Origin: an uncultured Acidimicrobiaceae bacterium
GTDB lineage: Bacteria; Actinomycetota; Acidimicrobiia; Acidimicrobiales; SZUA-35
NCBI GenBank assembly: GCA_964551835.1
Contig: CAZKEM010000054.1
Location: forward strand, 7,615 to 71,614
DNA: 64,000 nt
Direction of reading: 5' to 3'
How positions within the stretch are numbered: position 1 is the stretch's first letter; each line of letters starts with the position of its first letter. The notes under the pieces are model-generated. The model saw nothing but the letters and a program-made list of their open reading frames with translations, ran no database searches and was not told the DNA's origin. Made by a program: the position numbers and the translations under genes. Shown here piece after piece: positions 42,638 to 52,511 of this stretch.

Positions 42638-43972
42638 TTATCGTTCGGTTCGGTCGACGTCATCGGCGTCAGCCAATAGTCTTGTCGCCAGTCGTTCCAA
42701 ACCTGCCGAACGAGAGCCTTTGACCAAAATAGCGGTGTCAGCTCCAGCCGGACCAATGGCCGAGACCGCTTCGTCAATCGACTTCACGTGAGTCGCCGAG
42801 TCCCCATACTGCGGCGCCGCTATCGCAAGCACGTCAACACCGCGCGAACAAGCTTCTTCGACGATGTTTAGATGCTCGGCTGCACCTTCGTCTCCGAGTT
42901 CGCCCATGACGCCGATCGCCGCCACCTTGTTCGGCGCGTCCAAGCCGTACAACGTGTCGAGGGCGGCGCGCATCGATGTGGGGTTAGCGTTGTACGAATC
43001 GTTGATAACCACCAGTCCGGTTGACGTTGTGTCGATTTCCATCCGCCATGGCGACATCTCGAGCTGGCTCAAACCAGATGCGGCGGCTTCAAGAGAAACT
43101 CCGACCGATAACGCAGTCGCCAGAGCGGCACAGGCGTTGAAGACCATATGCTCGCCACTGACATTTAAGGAAACTTCGGTTCGCTCGTCATGGGTGTTGA
43201 CCACAAATCTGGCTCGACGGAATGAGTCGAACATAACGTCGCTGGGATGGACGTCGCCGCCGTGACCAAAGGTGAGAACCGACGCGTCGGTGCGAGCCGC
43301 CATCGCCGACACCAAAGGGTCGGCGGCGTTAAGGATCGCAGTTCCGCTGGACGGTAACGATTCGACCAGCTCGCCCTTAGCCTCAGCGACCGCTTCGATC
43401 GTTCCGAACAGTTCGGAATGGGCTAATGCCACGGTCGTCACAACGCCGATTGTCGGCAGTGCGATCCCACAAAGATGCGAAATGTGGCCGATTCCGCGTG
43501 CCCCCATCTCGGTAACTGTGACCTCAGCATCGGAGGGTGCATTCGCTAACGTAAGCGGCAAACCTATTTCGTTGTTGAAAGAACCAACGTTGACGTGAGT
43601 CGATTTCGATGCTGCGCAAACACTCTTGATCATGTCTTTGACCGAGGTCTTTCCAACGCTTCCTGTCACCCCCACAACCTCGGCTGTCAGCCTTCGTCGC
43701 GCCACGCGGCCAAGCTCGGACAGTGCTTCTGCGGTATCGGGAACTACGATCGAAGAACCTTTCTGAGGGGGCCGTGACGTCAAATATCCACCTGCGCCGC
43801 CTTTGAGCGCAGCGGGAACATAGTCGTGGCCGTCTCTTTCAGCAACGATCGGCACAAACAGCTGGCCGTCGGCGATGTTGCGACTGTCAGTCGAAACACC
43901 TGAAACGGTCACATCCGGTCCGCTTAGTCGGCCATTGAGTTCGGTAGCGAGGTCAGAAAGTAGAAACTGCAC
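42638..43972 (-). CDS. murF: UDP-MurNAc-tripeptide--D-Ala-D-Ala ligase
   Basis: TDSR, TGSVGKTS, NNEIGLP, EMG, NDSYNANP, ELG, KGSR. Confidence 0.96.
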   Translation of the reverse strand: MQFLLSDLATELNGRLSGPDVTVSGVSTDSRNIADGQLFVPIVAERDGHDYVPAALKGGAGGYLTSRPPQKGSSIVVPDTAEALSELGRVARRRLTAEVVGVTGSVGKTSVKDMIKSVCAASKSTHVNVGSFNNEIGLPLTLANAPSDAEVTVTEMGARGIGHISHLCGIALPTIGVVTTVALAHSELFGTIEAVAEAKGELVESLPSSGTAILNAADPLVSAMAARTDASVLTFGHGGDVHPSDVMFDSFRRARFVVNTHDERTEVSLNVSGEHMVFNACAALATALSVGVSLEAAASGLSQLEMSPWRMEIDTTSTGLVVINDSYNANPTSMRAALDTLYGLDAPNKVAAIGVMGELGDEGAAEHLNIVEEACSRGVDVLAIAAPQYGDSATHVKSIDEAVSAIGPAGADTAILVKGSRSAGLERLATRLLADADDVDRTER

Positions 43973-44034
43973 ACGCCAGGTTTACCCGAAAATATGCCAA
44001 GTAAAACACTTGGCGAGTAAAAACTAGTGAGATG

Positions 44035-44484
44035 TTACCGGTTCGCACCGTTACAGTCGGCACTTTTGGGCGGTGGAACACCAAATTTGAGGTGCGTGTG
44101 GTTGATCCCGTCGGTCCGTTCAAGATCGAAACCGGTGGTCAGTCTCTTAATAATCATGACACCATAGCCTCCTACCTGAAGGTCTTCTATGCACGGCAGC
44201 GCAACCGCTTCAGGGTCGTAGGCAGATCCAGTATCTGTAAAGTACAGGTCGATAGTTTCGGGGGATACTTTAACCTCGACGCCAATACTTCCGCTTTCGG
44301 TTGCCCGGTAGCCATGGGTGACAATGTTGACCGCTAGTTCTTGAACTACGAGTTCGATGGTGGGCATAACCGACGCAATCTGAGATTGGGTCAGACTCGA
44401 TCTCAACCTCGCCGATATCCACGGTCCGAGTCGCCGCACTTCTTCAAGGTCTGCGAACACTTCAAGTTTGTGCTTTTGAGACAT
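44035..44484 (-). CDS. RsbW-like anti-sigma factor / Ser kinase (HATPase_c_2)
   Basis: ELAVNIVTHGY, FTDTG, GGYGVMII. Confidence 0.88.
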   Translation of the reverse strand: MSQKHKLEVFADLEEVRRLGPWISARLRSSLTQSQIASVMPTIELVVQELAVNIVTHGYRATESGSIGVEVKVSPETIDLYFTDTGSAYDPEAVALPCIEDLQVGGYGVMIIKRLTTGFDLERTDGINHTHLKFGVPPPKSADCNGANR

Positions 44485-44752
44485 CGAGGAGCTCCTAAGA
44501 TTCCAACTACGGTCAGGCAGCTAGCAAACGGCTGCTTCGCAGATAGATCGAAAACTATCTCGCCTCAAACACAACCTACTCAACGATACCAACACCAAGA
44601 GCCGAGCGCTAGCGGGCAGACTGCCGATGCCTTACTCCGCCTGCTCGGGAGCCGGCAGCGTGGTCAGACTTCGCCGGCGAGCGTTCACTCAGGATCCGAG
44701 GATTCCGCAATTGGCGAGCTCTTCTTGCATGCAACCGACTAGTCTGTGGAAG

Positions 44753-45835
44753 GTGACGACGACTGACGCCAAAATTCGCCTCTTGATAGTGTTTGGAGGG
44801 CAATCGGCTGAGCGGGACGTCTCGTGCCTTACCGCCGCTCACGTCCTCCAAGCGGTTAACCCGGACCGCTACGAGATTCTCGCTGTCGGCATAGACAAGA
44901 CCGGCCAGTTCGTATCGGTCGATGTGCCCGATATTGAGGACTCGAGTCCCGGGACCGAAATTGCACCGATGGTTCCGGTAGGCGTCGACTGTGTAATCTC
45001 GGAACTGATCACAGGACCAACCAGTGACGTCGAAACCGTAGTCTTCCCACTCTTACACGGGCCACTCGGCGAAGACGGAACCATTCAAGGCATGTTAGAG
45101 ATGGCTGATGTGGCATACGTGGGAGCTGGCGTGCTCGGTTCAGCTGCCACGATGGACAAGGCCATGGCCAAGACCATCCTTGACGCTCACGGGATCCCGC
45201 AAACAAAGTGGGTCAGCTACTTCGAACACGAAACTGACATTACATCCATGGCGGCTGACGCTGTCGAGGCCGTTGGGCTTCCTTGTTTCGTTAAGCCAGC
45301 AAACATGGGTTCATCGATTGGGGTATCCAAGGCCTCCAACACACAAGAACTGACTGCGGCCCTAGCTGAAGCGTTTCGCTACGACGAGGTCATCGTGGTC
45401 GAGGAAGCGGTTGTGGCCAGGGAAATAGAGTTTGCGGTGTTAGGCAACAACGACCCAGAGCTGTCAGTGCCTGGCGAAATCAAACCAGGAGCCGACTTCT
45501 ACAACTACGAAGACAAGTATTTTGACGGAACAGCCGAACTTGCCATCCCGGCTTCGCTGCCAACATCGACCGTCGAGCAAATGCGAACTATTGCGTTGGC
45601 GACCTACAAGGCTTTGCGAGTTGAGGGCCTCGCCCGAGCAGACTTCTTATTCGAGGAAGGCGGGCGTGGTCCACTACTCAACGAGCTCAACACGATTCCT
45701 GGATTCACACCAATATCGATGTATCCCAAATTGTGGGAAGCATCAGGGCTGCGCTATTCCACCCTTATCGACAGGCTGGTCGGACTGGCTCTGGAACGGC
45801 ACAGGCGCCGCTCGACCAAGCGGGCGGCGAGCTAG
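44753..45835 (+). CDS. ddl: D-alanine--D-alanine ligase
   Basis: FGGQSAERDVS, LHGPLGEDG, MDK, KPANMGSSIG, YNYEDKY, NELNTIPG; TAGTCT -10 box 7 nt before GTG 44753. Confidence 0.96.
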   Translation: MTTTDAKIRLLIVFGGQSAERDVSCLTAAHVLQAVNPDRYEILAVGIDKTGQFVSVDVPDIEDSSPGTEIAPMVPVGVDCVISELITGPTSDVETVVFPLLHGPLGEDGTIQGMLEMADVAYVGAGVLGSAATMDKAMAKTILDAHGIPQTKWVSYFEHETDITSMAADAVEAVGLPCFVKPANMGSSIGVSKASNTQELTAALAEAFRYDEVIVVEEAVVAREIEFAVLGNNDPELSVPGEIKPGADFYNYEDKYFDGTAELAIPASLPTSTVEQMRTIALATYKALRVEGLARADFLFEEGGRGPLLNELNTIPGFTPISMYPKLWEASGLRYSTLIDRLVGLALERHRRRSTKRAAS

Positions 45836-45847
45836 CAACACCTCGGC

Positions 45848-47731
45848 TCACCAACTTCGACTGCTGCGACCCCCGCCAAAGGACCCGCAGCCGATCCGTT
45901 CGGAGAACCCGACAAAGGAGCTGCCAGCACTCGTAGATGATCTTCCTGACCATCCAGAGCTAGTTGACCAACTACTACCTGACCAGCTCGAACCTCCATC
46001 GATGACAATCCAGGCAGCCTTCCGCCTCCGTCTCGCAATGATTCGCTCCTGGACCGCCATGGCGGCATCTGCGGTTCTCGATGCTGCATCCAGAGCTGCT
46101 GAATGTTCCGAGGGAAGGTTCAGCAGCCTCTGTGCCAGCTGATCCAGAGCTTCGGAGTCCGGGGACTCAACTACCTGCCAACCCATCGAAGCTCTGGTTC
46201 GCTGCAGCGAACGTTGCGCTCTTGCAACCTCGCGAGTTACAGCTCGATCGAGGGCACCCTCTACAGGCTCGCCGTCGGCCTCGATCATTACGTCATCGAT
46301 TTCCCGGTTCAAACGATCTGCGGCTTGCGCAACGCGCAAATAGTTTGGACGAGCGAGCCCTAATTCGTGGTCTAGTTCTGAAATAGTAATAGCTAGCTGG
46401 TCTGAGGTGTCGATCAATTCGGGTGTCAGGTCGTCGGCATGTGTGGCCACAAATGAAGCGAAGGACTCAAAGACCGCCTTCGACTGCTCTATCATTCCGT
46501 GTGATTCGATTCGCGCCCTATCGAGGTCCACTAACAAGTCGTCCATCTGGTCCATTAGATCGTCGGCGACGAGCAGTTCTAAACCAGCAGCCTCCAATGT
46601 CTGTCCTACTTCATCCAGCGTTGAGTCTGGTGACTGTCCGATGGTCACCACCCGAAGTAGTGTCATGGCCGACTCGAGCTGACCCAAAGCACGGTCAGGG
46701 TGCTCGAGTGCCCAAGTGAACGACTCTTCGGAATGGACGTCGGTTACCTCGCCGAGACGTCGCCTAGCTTGGTCGATGCGACCTAACTCTAGATCATAGA
46801 ACGCGTCAAGCTGGTCACGCCACTCCAATAGCGGCCCGGTCTTGTTGGGCCAACTCTGCAGCCTATGGGTTGCCGAGAATAGCGTCGCCTCGAGTTTTTC
46901 TTGCTCATCATGGAGTTCGAAAACATCTACTACAGGCGGATCATCGACCTCAAAGTCTGTGAGGTCCGCCAATAGTCTTACCAGTATTGCTTTCTCGTCG
47001 CTAACATCTAGATCGGCGCTCGCTCTCTCGTCACTAAGTTGGGTGGCTGAAAGAACCTCGTCGAGTAATAGCTCACGCTTGGCGGGGACAGCAACTCGAA
47101 GGTGGCCAATCTTGGCGCCCAGGTTGACCAGCCTGTCGAGGGCAACCCGCTGATCGGCGAGAGACTCTTCCAAAATTGCTAAGAAGCCAGAAGCCTTGTC
47201 GAGTTCATCATCGGATGCGTTGTCGACGCCGTTTGGTGTCGCTCCCGCCAACGACGTGAGATTTTCGCGGATCCGCTGACTGAGTTCGTCTGCTCGACGT
47301 TGATGACTGTCGAGCTCTTGAGCGGTCGTGCCGGTACTAAACTGTTTCCAGGCGTCGACCTGGTTTGTTAACTGTGCGTAGCGCTGTTCGACGACGCGAG
47401 CCCCGGTTTCTGGACCCGAAATATTGGCTGCCAAAGCGGTGCGTTTGACTGTTAGATCTCGACGTCGTCTAAGGACGATTACTGCGCCTGCTCCACCAGC
47501 GGTCGCCAATGCCGCTGTTCCGAGCAATAGGCCTCGACTCCCACGATTGTCTTCACCGACCTTGGTGAGGTCAGCCTGGGCAAGAACCCGCCCTTGTTCG
47601 CTGGTCAAAGATTCGACCCCTTCGAGCATTCCCCCGGAAGCGACCCCAAATGGGAGAACGACAAACCCAACGGTTGCGGCAGCTACAGCTAGCGACCAAC
47701 GGACATTTGGCACGACTGTCTGATTGAACAC
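45848..47731 (-). CDS. Membrane-anchored coiled-coil protein with a Gly/Ser-rich C-terminal tail
   Basis: Signal-like N-terminus, TM followed by RRRR, long helical region, ends GSFGGGRSSRSW like TPM-domain proteins. Confidence 0.7.
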   Translation of the reverse strand: MFNQTVVPNVRWSLAVAAATVGFVVLPFGVASGGMLEGVESLTSEQGRVLAQADLTKVGEDNRGSRGLLLGTAALATAGGAGAVIVLRRRRDLTVKRTALAANISGPETGARVVEQRYAQLTNQVDAWKQFSTGTTAQELDSHQRRADELSQRIRENLTSLAGATPNGVDNASDDELDKASGFLAILEESLADQRVALDRLVNLGAKIGHLRVAVPAKRELLLDEVLSATQLSDERASADLDVSDEKAILVRLLADLTDFEVDDPPVVDVFELHDEQEKLEATLFSATHRLQSWPNKTGPLLEWRDQLDAFYDLELGRIDQARRRLGEVTDVHSEESFTWALEHPDRALGQLESAMTLLRVVTIGQSPDSTLDEVGQTLEAAGLELLVADDLMDQMDDLLVDLDRARIESHGMIEQSKAVFESFASFVATHADDLTPELIDTSDQLAITISELDHELGLARPNYLRVAQAADRLNREIDDVMIEADGEPVEGALDRAVTREVARAQRSLQRTRASMGWQVVESPDSEALDQLAQRLLNLPSEHSAALDAASRTADAAMAVQERIIARRRRKAAWIVIDGGSSWSGSSWSTSSGWSGRSSTSAGSSFVGFSERIGCGSFGGGRSSRSW

Positions 47732-47824
47732 GATCTAACCGTAGCGATTCAATGGACGTGGTCCGACCATAAAAACATTGTTCGGGGCGGCCGACTGTCA
47801 CAATTTTTACCAACCCTGACCTAA

Positions 47825-48415
47825 TTAGACCGTCTCAGGCGAGAGGGCCGCTTCCAGAAATGACAAAACTGTGGTTCGTAGACGCACCGCGACCCGGGTG
47901 TCGAGGTTTAGGCCGAGTGCACGGAGCGCCTCGGTATCGGAAACCACGGCGGTAATCGCAGCATACGTGGTGAACAAAACCAAGCGACTATCAGATCGTT
48001 TGAAGATACCGGCGTCCATACCTTCATCAAGGTAGTGTATTGCTTCATCTATCAGTGGTTGGAAGACTTCTAAGACTTCGGTCGACCAAGGTTTGCCCAT
48101 ACGGCTAACTTCGCGAAGTAGGCCCATCAGCTCGGGGTTTCTCAGTGCTAGGCCAAACGATGCTCGTACCATTGTCTGGATGCTTGGCCAGCCAGGGGCG
48201 CTGCGGCCACTAGCCGATTGCAGTTCTGTTGTTAAGACCTGAGCTGAGTTTGCGAAAACGGCCGAAACAAGCCCTTGTTTCGATCCGAAGTGGTAGAGGA
48301 CGGTTTGTTTCGTGACACCCATCTGGTTGGCGATCTCCTCCAGAGAGGTGGCGGCGACGCCCTTCTTAGCGAACCCGACGGATGCAGCCGCCATCGCTCT
48401 ATGCTTAGTAGTCAC
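47825..48415 (-). CDS. TetR/AcrR family regulator
   Basis: FAKKGVAATSLEEIA...GVTKQTVLYHFGSK. Confidence 0.93.
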   Translation of the reverse strand: MTTKHRAMAAASVGFAKKGVAATSLEEIANQMGVTKQTVLYHFGSKQGLVSAVFANSAQVLTTELQSASGRSAPGWPSIQTMVRASFGLALRNPELMGLLREVSRMGKPWSTEVLEVFQPLIDEAIHYLDEGMDAGIFKRSDSRLVLFTTYAAITAVVSDTEALRALGLNLDTRVAVRLRTTVLSFLEAALSPETV

Positions 48416-48416
48416 T

Positions 48417-48437
48417 TACCAAATGGTAGAGACCATT
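48417..48437. promoter_or_regulatory. Overlapping palindromes (candidate TetR operator) over the tetR leaderless -10 box
   Basis: TACCA-AA-TGGTA (48417-28) and AATGGT-AGAG-ACCATT (48422-37); minus-strand TACCAT lies 7 nt before the GTG. Confidence 0.55.
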
Positions 48438-48567
48438 GCGCAGCATTACAATAGGTGTTCATCATTGCTTCGAAGTCGTTCTGCGGCAACGACAGTTTAG
48501 AAATACCGCAACATTCATGAGGATTTATGCGAATGAACAAAGCCAAAGAGCCCAAGGTGATCGTTGA

Positions 48568-50904
48568 ATGATCGCCAACAATCTCGCCGGTAAACGTATC
48601 GCCATCACTGGAGCGACCGGCTTCTTAGGCACAGCGTTGGTCGAGCGCCTTGTGCGGTCCGTACCTGACTGTGAGATCGTCCTTCTGATACGGCCTGGCA
48701 AGCGCTCAACGGTAACTCAACGCGCTCGCCGAGAAATTTTCCGCAATGATGCCTTCGACCGCCTCGTCGAGGTACATGGCAAAGAGGGTTTCTTTGCCAT
48801 GATCGACGACCGAGTTACCGTTATCGAAGGCGACATTGGAACCGATGGTCTCAACCTTGACGCCAATGGCCGCGAAGTGTTGGCATCTTGTGACATCGTG
48901 ATCCATTCGGCTGCAACCGTAAGCTTCGACGCAGCCATAAGCACCGCCGTTGAAGTCAACCTGCTAGGCCCAACCCGAGTCGTCGAGACCCTTCAAGACC
49001 TTGACGCGAACCCACACGTCATCGCGGTCTCGACCTGCTATGTTGCCGGCAACCAGCGCGGAACGGCGAACGAAGCACTGTTAACCGATAGCCCATTCCA
49101 CATCGACGTCGATTGGAGATCAGAGGTCAAAGCAGCTCGACGACTCCGGTCAGACTTTGATGCTGAGAGTCGCTCGACAGACCGCCTAGCCGAGTTCGGC
49201 AAGCGAGCCCAGTATGAAATCGGGGCTGCTGGCACTCCCCTATTAGCTGCCAAGACCGAGACGTTGAGACAGCGGTGGGTTTCAGATCAGCTGGTCGAGG
49301 CTGGACGGGCTCGGGCTGCATCGCTTGGGTGGCCTGATGCCTACGCCTATACCAAGGCACTCGGCGAGCGAGCCTTAGCGGAAAGCAAAGCCGACATCGA
49401 CGTCTCGATCGTACGCCCATCGATAATCGAGTCTGCATGGGCAGAGCCGAATCCAGGGTGGATAAAGGGCTTCCGAATGGCCGAACCCATCATCATTTCC
49501 TACGCCCGCGGATTACTGAAAGAGTTCCCCGGCGTGCCCGAAGGCATCGTCGACGTTATTCCCGTTGACATGGTTGTCGCCGCCATCATCGGCGTCGCCG
49601 CTCGAGGCCATGCCGGCGACCACAACATCGACGTCACGCAGGTGGCCTCCGGAACCCGAAACCCGCTCCACTATCGTGACCTTGTCAAGTTAGTCGGAGG
49701 CTGGTTCCAAGAACACCCATTGTACGACGATAAGGGTCAGCCAATTTCGGCACCTGAATGGTCATTTCCTGGCCGTGGTGCCGTCGAGCGTCAGCTCGGC
49801 CGGGTCCACCGCCAACTAGATACTGCTGACAAGGTCATGAAGCGGCTGCCGCTACGAGGCAAACAGGCCAGATTCAACGCCTATGTCGAAAGCCAAAAAG
49901 AAGTCGTCGAGACCGCCATCGGTTACGTGAAGATTTACGGCGCATATGCTGAATGCGAAGCCCTCTATGGGGTTGAAAACCTCATGGAAATGCACGAATC
50001 CCATACCGAAGACGACAAGACGACGTTTTGCTGCGACCCTGGCGTAGTTAACTGGGAAACCTACGTCACCAAAATTCATCTACCGACCGTCGTCGATCAT
50101 GCACGAGCAAAGACCACCAGCCGTCGCACAGACCCAGATGCCCGAACCAAGAGGCTGCGCAAACGAGTGCTCGACCCGGAACGCCAACTGGCGGCCTTTG
50201 ACCTTGAAAACACGCTGATCTCCTCTAATGTGGTTTTCAGCTACTCATGGTTGGCGACCCGTAACCTGTGCGCACGTGAACGAGTAAAATTCGCTGCGAA
50301 CCTCTTACGGGAGGGCCCGAGTTTATTAGCTTTGGACAACCGGGATCGGACCGACTTCCTCCGCCATTTCTATCGCCGGTATGAGGGGGCCTCAGTTCAA
50401 GAACTCGACCGACTCGGGTCTGAACTACTGGCAGACCACATTCTGACCAAGGCGTTTCCAGCTGCCCTTCGACGCGTTCGCAAGCACCGTCAGCTCGGAC
50501 ACCGAACGCTACTGATCACGGGTGCTCTCGATGTAGTCGTCAACCCGCTACGGCCGCTGTTTGACGACATCATTTGTGCTGAGATGACCCAGCGGGACGG
50601 ATATTACACCGGCGAGCTAACCCAAGTCCCCCCAACCGGCGAAGTCCGGGCTCGGGAACTTCAGGATTATGCTGCCACTCATGATCTCGACCTTAACGAG
50701 GCGGTAGCATATGCTGATTCTTCTTCAGATCTACCACTTCTTGACGCCGTCGGATTCCCGGTGGCGGTCAACCCTGAAACACGCCTGACCTCGATGGCGC
50801 TTACACGAGGCTGGTTGATCGAATATTGGGCTAAGTCAGACGGCCGATCTGACCGAACCCTGCCCCTAGGTCCTCTTCCTTCACTACGTCGGAGTCGCAA
50901 GTGA
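48568..50904 (+). CDS. Fatty acyl-CoA reductase (male-sterility SDR) fused to a HAD-IB hydrolase
   Basis: TGATGFLG, IHSAATVSF, YAYTKALGE, RPSII, DVIPVD; C-terminal FDLENTL, LITG, YADSSSDLPLL, AVNP. Confidence 0.88.
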   Translation: MIANNLAGKRIAITGATGFLGTALVERLVRSVPDCEIVLLIRPGKRSTVTQRARREIFRNDAFDRLVEVHGKEGFFAMIDDRVTVIEGDIGTDGLNLDANGREVLASCDIVIHSAATVSFDAAISTAVEVNLLGPTRVVETLQDLDANPHVIAVSTCYVAGNQRGTANEALLTDSPFHIDVDWRSEVKAARRLRSDFDAESRSTDRLAEFGKRAQYEIGAAGTPLLAAKTETLRQRWVSDQLVEAGRARAASLGWPDAYAYTKALGERALAESKADIDVSIVRPSIIESAWAEPNPGWIKGFRMAEPIIISYARGLLKEFPGVPEGIVDVIPVDMVVAAIIGVAARGHAGDHNIDVTQVASGTRNPLHYRDLVKLVGGWFQEHPLYDDKGQPISAPEWSFPGRGAVERQLGRVHRQLDTADKVMKRLPLRGKQARFNAYVESQKEVVETAIGYVKIYGAYAECEALYGVENLMEMHESHTEDDKTTFCCDPGVVNWETYVTKIHLPTVVDHARAKTTSRRTDPDARTKRLRKRVLDPERQLAAFDLENTLISSNVVFSYSWLATRNLCARERVKFAANLLREGPSLLALDNRDRTDFLRHFYRRYEGASVQELDRLGSELLADHILTKAFPAALRRVRKHRQLGHRTLLITGALDVVVNPLRPLFDDIICAEMTQRDGYYTGELTQVPPTGEVRARELQDYAATHDLDLNEAVAYADSSSDLPLLDAVGFPVAVNPETRLTSMALTRGWLIEYWAKSDGRSDRTLPLGPLPSLRRSRK

Positions 50905-52511
50905 GTAAACAACCAACTGCCCCTCGTCCCGGATTCGTCCTCGAGGTGGATAGACAAACTCCCCCAATTCTGTTTCACCATGGAGAGGGTTTCCGCATGG
51001 AAAAACTCCCTGTGGGACGGACCAGGGTGATCTATGCCCCCGAACCACTTCGAGGTTTAGATGACCCGGATGCAGCTATTGTCGATGCGCTGAATAACCC
51101 GATTGAAGACGACCCTTTACCTTCACTACTGAAGCCAGGGATGAAATTGACGATTGCGTTCGACGATGTCTCGCTGCCATTGCCGCCTATGCAACGTCCA
51201 GATGTTCGACAGAGAATAATCGAAGCTGTGCTCGATATGGCGGCCGAAGCTGGAGTTGACGACGTCCACTTGATCGCAGCACTGGCCTTACACCGGAGAA
51301 TGACCGAAGCCGAACTTCGCCACGCGTTAGGTGACCGAATCTATGAGTCGTTCGCTCCAGATGGTCAGCTCTACAATCACGATGCTGAAGACCCAGACGG
51401 AATGGTCATTCTGGGTGAAACGAAACATGGCGAAGCCGTGGAAATGAACAAGCGGGCTGCCGACTCCGACCTCGTCATCTATGTAAACATCAACATTGTG
51501 TCGATGGATGGCGGCTGGAAAAGCACTGCCACAGGGCTATCTGGCTACAAGGGAGTGAGCGCCCACCACAATGTTCACACGATGGAGAAATCCAAGTCGT
51601 TCATGGACCAGAAGAAGTCTGAACTCCACAAATCAAACTGGCGTCAAGGTGAGGTCATTAAGGAGCACGGCCCCCGTATTTTCCAGATCGAAACCACGAT
51701 CAACACCAACTCGTTTGGCGATTCCGGGCCAATGTCGTTCCTCCAAAAACGTGAATGGGAATGGTCGATAAAGGACCGAGCCTCATTTACCGCTATGAAC
51801 ACCGGGCTAAAGGCGATGTCCTCAGCCAGTCGACGCAAGGTGTTCCATTCGTGGAAAGCACCGTATGATATCACCTCTGTCCAAGCGGGCGAAGTTGAAG
51901 CCGTTCACAAGAAGACGACCGAAATGGTCTATAAGCAACATCTCGTTCCCGTCGAAGGCCAGACCGACATTTTGACAATGGGCCTGCCGTATCTGACGCC
52001 GTACAACGTCAACTCGATCATGAACCCTATTTTGGTTATGGTCCAAGGCCTCGGGTACTTCTTCAACTTATACAAAGGAAAACCTCTGGTCCGGGAAGGT
52101 GGCGTGCTCATTATGAGCCACCCAACGCCGTGGGAGTTCCATCCAGTGCATCACCCTTCCTACATCGACTTTTTTGAACAAGTCCTCGCCGATACGACCA
52201 ACCCAGCAGAAATAGAAAAGAAATACGAGCAGCAATTCGCCGAGGACGAGTGGTACCGACACCTCTACCGGACCAGCTACGCATACCACGGCGTTCACCC
52301 GTTCTATATGTGGTACTGGGGTGCGCACGCCATGAAGCACCTCGGTCAAGTCATCATCGTCGGCGGCGACCAACGAGCGGTTCGTCGCCTCGGTTTCAAG
52401 CCTGCTACCACCCTTCAAGATGGTCTAGAAATGGCTGAAGATGTCGTGGGGCCACAGCCTACGATTACTCACTATCACAACCCTCCGATCTTGATGGCTG
52501 ATGTGAAATGA
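50901..52511 (+). CDS. LarA/DUF2088 (lactate racemase superfamily) domain protein
   Basis: ALNNPI, IAFDD, ALALHRRMT, NHDAED, GGWKS; GTGA overlap with the upstream gene. Confidence 0.8.
   Translation: MSKQPTAPRPGFVLEVDRQTPPILFHHGEGFRMEKLPVGRTRVIYAPEPLRGLDDPDAAIVDALNNPIEDDPLPSLLKPGMKLTIAFDDVSLPLPPMQRPDVRQRIIEAVLDMAAEAGVDDVHLIAALALHRRMTEAELRHALGDRIYESFAPDGQLYNHDAEDPDGMVILGETKHGEAVEMNKRAADSDLVIYVNINIVSMDGGWKSTATGLSGYKGVSAHHNVHTMEKSKSFMDQKKSELHKSNWRQGEVIKEHGPRIFQIETTINTNSFGDSGPMSFLQKREWEWSIKDRASFTAMNTGLKAMSSASRRKVFHSWKAPYDITSVQAGEVEAVHKKTTEMVYKQHLVPVEGQTDILTMGLPYLTPYNVNSIMNPILVMVQGLGYFFNLYKGKPLVREGGVLIMSHPTPWEFHPVHHPSYIDFFEQVLADTTNPAEIEKKYEQQFAEDEWYRHLYRTSYAYHGVHPFYMWYWGAHAMKHLGQVIIVGGDQRAVRRLGFKPATTLQDGLEMAEDVVGPQPTITHYHNPPILMADVK

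Noticed and set aside
44627-44752. N-terminal extension of Ddl (similarly ModB 54175-54312 and the BON protein 37200-37349)
   Set aside because: Longest-ORF artefacts; better starts with a -10 box or SD lie downstream
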